Of a stretch of 64,000 bases of DNA, positions 60,626 through 64,000 are shown piece by piece (the stretch's first letter is position 1; the number at the start of each line of letters is the position of its first letter). Made by a program: the position numbers and the translations under genes. This DNA is from an uncultured bacterium (lineage in GTDB: Bacteria; Patescibacteriota; Minisyncoccia; Phycocordibacterales; CAIZLB01): assembly GCA_903933735.1 (NCBI GenBank), contig CAIZLB010000006.1:3750-67749 (forward strand). Direction: 5' to 3'. Under the pieces are notes generated by a model. The model searched no databases. It had not been told where the DNA came from and was given only the letters and a program-made list of their open reading frames with translations.

Positions 60626-61570
60626 GTGGGCTTTTTGGTTGGAAAAAACCCTATGCTATTCAAAGACGCTATTGATGAATTTACAAACTGGCGCACGTTT
60701 AAGATAAACGGCACTACTACCAGAGGTAATGACAAAGACCTCCGGCTCTTTAGTGTGTTTCTACGTAACCCTCACATTGAAGACATCACGCTCAACGACG
60801 TGATGGAATATTTGAATTTAATGAAAGAAATGGGATGGGCTCACAACAGCTTCGTCTCAAAATGCATGGCATACAAAAAGTTTTTTGAATTTTGTAATTT
60901 AAGAGGGTGGAGAGTGCTGAATGAAAATTTGATACCAATTCCGCAAAAGGAATACAAGATTCCACGTGTTGCAACAAAAGAAGAATTTAAAAAATTGATT
61001 GATGTTATTCCTAAAAACACAGACCCAAGAAATGTACGAAATACAGCAATAATCAGACTGCTCTGGGATACTGGCGCACGAAATGGAGAAATCTTAAATC
61101 TCGACATGGATGACCTAGATCTAGTCAACAATAAAGCTTTGATTAAAACTGAGAAGGCAAAAACTCGACGACCTCTTAGAGAAATATTTTGGACAAAAGA
61201 AACCAGTGAAGCGATCAGTAAATGGATTGAGAGGCGAGAGCGATTCAAGCAAGGAAACGCACTGCGTGATCCAAACGCACTCTTTATTTCTATACACAAC
61301 TCAGGAACAAACAAGACTCGTGGTTTACGATTCAAACCAAGTGGGGTATGTGAGATGCTTCGTGGATACTCAAACAAGGCAGGTCTTCAGCGACCACTGA
61401 ATGCTCACTCAATGAGACATTACATGGGGCGAAACATTATCGAAAAGGGTGGCTCAAACTCAGATGTGACAAACATCCTAGGTCACTCTTGCATTGAAAG
61501 CTCGATGATTTATACCATGATGTATGGAAAGCAGGCTGAAAAACGATATCGAAAATTTAGAGGACAATAA
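60626..61570 (+). CDS. tyrosine recombinase/integrase (Xer-like); likely start ATG 60653
   Basis: N-terminal SAM-like core-binding domain; catalytic R (DTGARNGE), HxxR (AHSMRHYMG), Tyr (IYTMMY). Confidence 0.85.
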   Translation: MGFLVGKNPMLFKDAIDEFTNWRTFKINGTTTRGNDKDLRLFSVFLRNPHIEDITLNDVMEYLNLMKEMGWAHNSFVSKCMAYKKFFEFCNLRGWRVLNENLIPIPQKEYKIPRVATKEEFKKLIDVIPKNTDPRNVRNTAIIRLLWDTGARNGEILNLDMDDLDLVNNKALIKTEKAKTRRPLREIFWTKETSEAISKWIERRERFKQGNALRDPNALFISIHNSGTNKTRGLRFKPSGVCEMLRGYSNKAGLQRPLNAHSMRHYMGRNIIEKGGSNSDVTNILGHSCIESSMIYTMMYGKQAEKRYRKFRGQ

Positions 61571-61585
61571 CCTATTTCAAAAATA

Positions 61586-61750
61586 ATGAGCGCTTGGTAT
61601 AATATCCAAGTGAAGAATAAAGCAGCACAAGAACTAGGTAAAAAGGGTGGCACTACTACCAAAAAGAAGTACGGTAAAAAGCACTTCAAAGAAATTGGTA
61701 AAAAGGCAGCCAAAGTACGGTGGGGAAAGACCAAGCCCGCTGGCACTTGA
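61586..61750 (+). CDS. KGG-repeat stress-induced small basic protein (54 aa, not in ORF track)
   Basis: ELGKKGG...KYGKKHFKEIGKKAAK KGG-motif repeats. Confidence 0.5.
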   Translation: MSAWYNIQVKNKAAQELGKKGGTTTKKKYGKKHFKEIGKKAAKVRWGKTKPAGT

Positions 61751-61754
61751 TATT

Positions 61755-61783
61755 TATACCAAGCGCTTGGTATACTGTTTTTA
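61755..61783 (+). terminator. perfect 20-bp palindrome plus T-run
   Basis: TATACCAAGCGCTTGGTATA followed by CTGTTTTTA. Confidence 0.5.
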
Positions 61784-61968
61784 GGTACATTGAAAACTAA
61801 CAAAAAGGTTGCTCGCCTACTAAGGTCGGAAAATAACATTTGTGGGCTTAGTAGACGGGCAAATCGACGATTCTCAAGGTTTCTAGGGCTATTTTCAACA
61901 AATAGCCCACTTGTTGAGAAGATGGTGGTCTTATAGAGTTTAAGATTTAGTGTGTTAATATAACCCTC

Positions 61969-62781
61969 ATGAAAAAAACAACCATAGGCATACTCGGTCC
62001 GAAAGGGTCATATTCTGATCAGGTGGGATCTGAATACTCCAAAGATAATAATAAAGTATTTTTTGATAGTATCAATGAAGTTATACTAGCCTTATCTTCA
62101 AAAAAGATAGAGGGAGCTGTATTACCTTTAGAAAATTCAATACATGGTACTATTTTAGAAACCCTAGATGGTCTATATAATCATGATTTAAAAATAAATA
62201 AAGAAATAATATTAAAAATAGATCATGTTTTAGCAGGTGTAAATAAAAAAATATCTGCAAGTAAGATTAAATACATATACTCTCATCCTCAGGCTCTTGG
62301 TCAATGTAAAGTCTATTTACAAAAGAGATATCCAAAAGCAAAGCTTATACTAACTCCAAGCACATCTTTTGCAGTCAAAAAGGTGAAGGATGAAGATAGG
62401 AATGATTCATTGGCTATAGGCTCTAAATTTGCTGTCGATACTTACGGTCTATATATTGTTGATGAAGGTATTCAAGATATTAAAAATAATCAAACATTGT
62501 TTGTACACATATCAAGAAATACTGATAATAAAAATATATTACCGTTTACTTTTTTTGTGATAGATCCGAAAGTCGATAAAGTAGGAACACTACACGGAAT
62601 ACTTTCTATATTCAAAGAAAATAATATCAATCTACTTAAGATTGAATCTCGTCCGTCAACTAAAAAGCTAGGTAAATATATTTTCTATATTAAAGCTGAG
62701 ATATCATCAAAAGATAGAAATAGGGGTTTGATATTAAAAGAATTGAGAAAAAGTGGTAAAGTGACTCTGATAACAAAATAA
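61969..62781 (+). CDS. pheA: prephenate dehydratase with C-terminal ACT domain
   Basis: PDT domain (IGILGPKGSYSDQ...), ACT domain TLHGILSIFKENNINLLKIESRP. Confidence 0.85.
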   Translation: MKKTTIGILGPKGSYSDQVGSEYSKDNNKVFFDSINEVILALSSKKIEGAVLPLENSIHGTILETLDGLYNHDLKINKEIILKIDHVLAGVNKKISASKIKYIYSHPQALGQCKVYLQKRYPKAKLILTPSTSFAVKKVKDEDRNDSLAIGSKFAVDTYGLYIVDEGIQDIKNNQTLFVHISRNTDNKNILPFTFFVIDPKVDKVGTLHGILSIFKENNINLLKIESRPSTKKLGKYIFYIKAEISSKDRNRGLILKELRKSGKVTLITK

Positions 62782-62837
62782 AAAGACTGTGACACCTTTC
62801 GGGGGTTATCACAGCTCAAACGTTATGAAAATATTTC

Positions 62838-63032
62838 TCAGGTGTGCCACTTACAGCCACACTGGAGACACTCATGATGGTATTCGGTGGGTTCCATTGC
62901 ATATGTTCTGGACTGGGTATGGATTTTATGACCTCTGCAATTTATGCACTCTCGACGATTGCTAAAGATAACTCTCATGGCGATATACAATAATAGAATT
63001 ATAACTCCAATGTACGGAAGATAGTCTTTCAT
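62838..63032 (-). CDS. small membrane-anchored zinc-ribbon protein
   Basis: One TM then CINCRGH...CLQCGC. Confidence 0.35.
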   Translation of the reverse strand: MKDYLPYIGVIILLLYIAMRVIFSNRRECINCRGHKIHTQSRTYAMEPTEYHHECLQCGCKWHT

Positions 63033-63142
63033 GTTTTCGGTTCTTTCGTTCTAAACAATACTATATTTAATAAATTCTGCAAGTAAAAAACCAGGAGGAA
63101 TGGGTACCCCCTGGTCTGATAATGTGCCGGACCGGAGCCTAC

Positions 63143-63394
63143 TTAGGCCTCCTGCAGTTCGCGAGCAGGAGCTTTCGCGAAAGTGAATTTGTATCGGCCC
63201 GACAGTGCACGAAGGGCACCTTCGTACACATGCGGTGTGTTGCAGTGGAACTCCGCGGTGACTTTATGTACCCCTCCGGAAGCCCCTTGGTCAAAGGTGA
63301 GGTTGAAGTCTTTGCCTTCTTTGAGACGGTGATCCGTTTCGAGGCAGTGATAGACGATACCTTGCAGACGGCTTAGTGTGATTTTCTTTGCCAT
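63143..63394 (-). CDS. hypothetical protein, high-GC islet gene
   Basis: 83-aa ORF in about 55% GC segment. Confidence 0.4.
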   Translation of the reverse strand: MAKKITLSRLQGIVYHCLETDHRLKEGKDFNLTFDQGASGGVHKVTAEFHCNTPHVYEGALRALSGRYKFTFAKAPARELQEA

Positions 63395-63548
63395 GACAGT
63401 ATTTCGGTTTGTTTGTTTGGTATGGATTGGTGAAATCAGTCTACTCTGGACCCACCTGGGTTTTGATTACTCCGATTTCAGTTCTTAAATATATACCCAA
63501 AATAAATAATAGTCAAATCAAAAAAACTGTGCTAATATATCTTCCATT

Positions 63549-64000
63549 ATGGTAAACCAAGATCAAAAAGAATATTTATCAAAAGAGAGACAAGCAGAGC
63601 TTGTATCTGAGCTAGAGCTTCTAAAAACCGTTAGAAGAAAAGAGATAGCTGAGGATCTGGAGTATGCTAGAAGTCTCGGAGACTTAGCTGAAAACGCTGA
63701 GTTCAACAAAGCTCGTGAAGATCAAGCTATTGTCGAAGATCGTATCAGTCAGATACAGAGCGTCTTAGCAAATGCTGAGATCGTTAAAGTACATCACTCT
63801 TCAACAGCTGAGGTAGGGACTACAGTGTGTTTAGTTAAGAAAGGTTCAACTAAAGAGATAGTTTATATGTTAGTCGGATCTGAAGAGATTGATTTTACAC
63901 AGAACAAGATATCATTAAAATCACCTATAGGTGTAGCTATATCAGGAAAAACCAAGGGAGACTCTATAAAAGTAAAACTACCAAATGGTACAGAAGAGTT
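63549..64000 (+). CDS. greA: transcription elongation factor GreA (3' end beyond window)
   Basis: N-terminal coiled-coil plus FKBP-like C-terminal domain pattern matching GreA (AENAEFNKAREDQ...; SPIGVAISGK). Confidence 0.85.
   Translation, partial: MVNQDQKEYLSKERQAELVSELELLKTVRRKEIAEDLEYARSLGDLAENAEFNKAREDQAIVEDRISQIQSVLANAEIVKVHHSSTAEVGTTVCLVKKGSTKEIVYMLVGSEEIDFTQNKISLKSPIGVAISGKTKGDSIKVKLPNGTEE

Larger units (their letters stand above)
26040..61570. mobile_element. mosaic integrated island: higher-GC prophage-like module (about 26.0-49.4 kb) plus AT-rich defence cargo plus tyrosine recombinase; boundaries approximate
   Basis: Sharp GC shifts at about 25.95, 49.4, 59.2 and 60.6 kb; phage morphogenesis genes; recombinase at right end; 50-nt direct repeats at 26447 and 60446. 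Confidence 0.5.

Noticed and set aside
61790-61968. T-box or attenuator leader upstream of pheA
   Set aside because: Two hairpins (61816-61856 and 61886-61908) exist, but they lie upstream of the predicted -35/-10 for pheA, and no T-box consensus (AGGGTGGNACCGCG) is present.
1-64000. CRISPR array
   Set aside because: I saw no regularly spaced direct repeats of 25-40 nt with unique spacers. The only short tandem motifs (TGACAT x2 at 7898-7910) are too few.

Overview
This is a 64-kb AT-rich bacterial window. It has compact housekeeping genes, a short ProRS without an editing insertion, and a giant surface protein; those traits resemble small-genome lineages such as CPR, but that is inference from sequence alone. 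The host backbone carries proS, infA, an M23 peptidase, dnaJ, rplU, a PIN toxin-antitoxin pair, recR, dnaB, cysS, a 2278-aa tandem-duplicated GH43/discoidin surface protein, a peptidoglycan-binding protein, ychF, sppA, a YerC/TrpR-like regulator, pheA and greA. Between ychF (ends 25930) and pheA (starts 61969) lies a roughly 35-kb mosaic island. Its left part (about 26.0-49.4 kb) is a markedly higher-GC prophage-like module: RusA, a C5 DNA methyltransferase, a ParB-methyltransferase fusion, small and large terminase subunits, a portal, scaffold and capsid candidates, several large structural proteins, a LysM protein, holin-like ORFs and an Amidase_2 endolysin. The module is followed by AT-rich cargo. 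The cargo includes a DpnII-like tandem amino-methyltransferase pair convergent with an unusual candidate nuclease, which combines LAGLIDADG-like motifs, a zinc ribbon and a PD-(D/E)XK domain, plus a degenerate paralog of its C-terminal domain. Next comes an overlapping gene pair encoding an AAA_13/ABC-type coiled-coil ATPase and a Cas4/RecB-like Fe-S nuclease, which I regard as the best candidate for an undescribed defence module. The island also contains a small hyper-acidic ORF, a higher-GC phosphoribosyltransferase-domain gene and a tyrosine recombinase. Two imperfect 50-nt direct repeats bracket 26447-60495; they show compensatory stem changes and a shared ATGCTACCAATG start. Several solitary higher-GC genes sit in the AT-rich backbone. 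I found no rRNA, convincing tRNA or CRISPR array. All calls rest on motif recognition by eye in the provided translations; no database searches were run.
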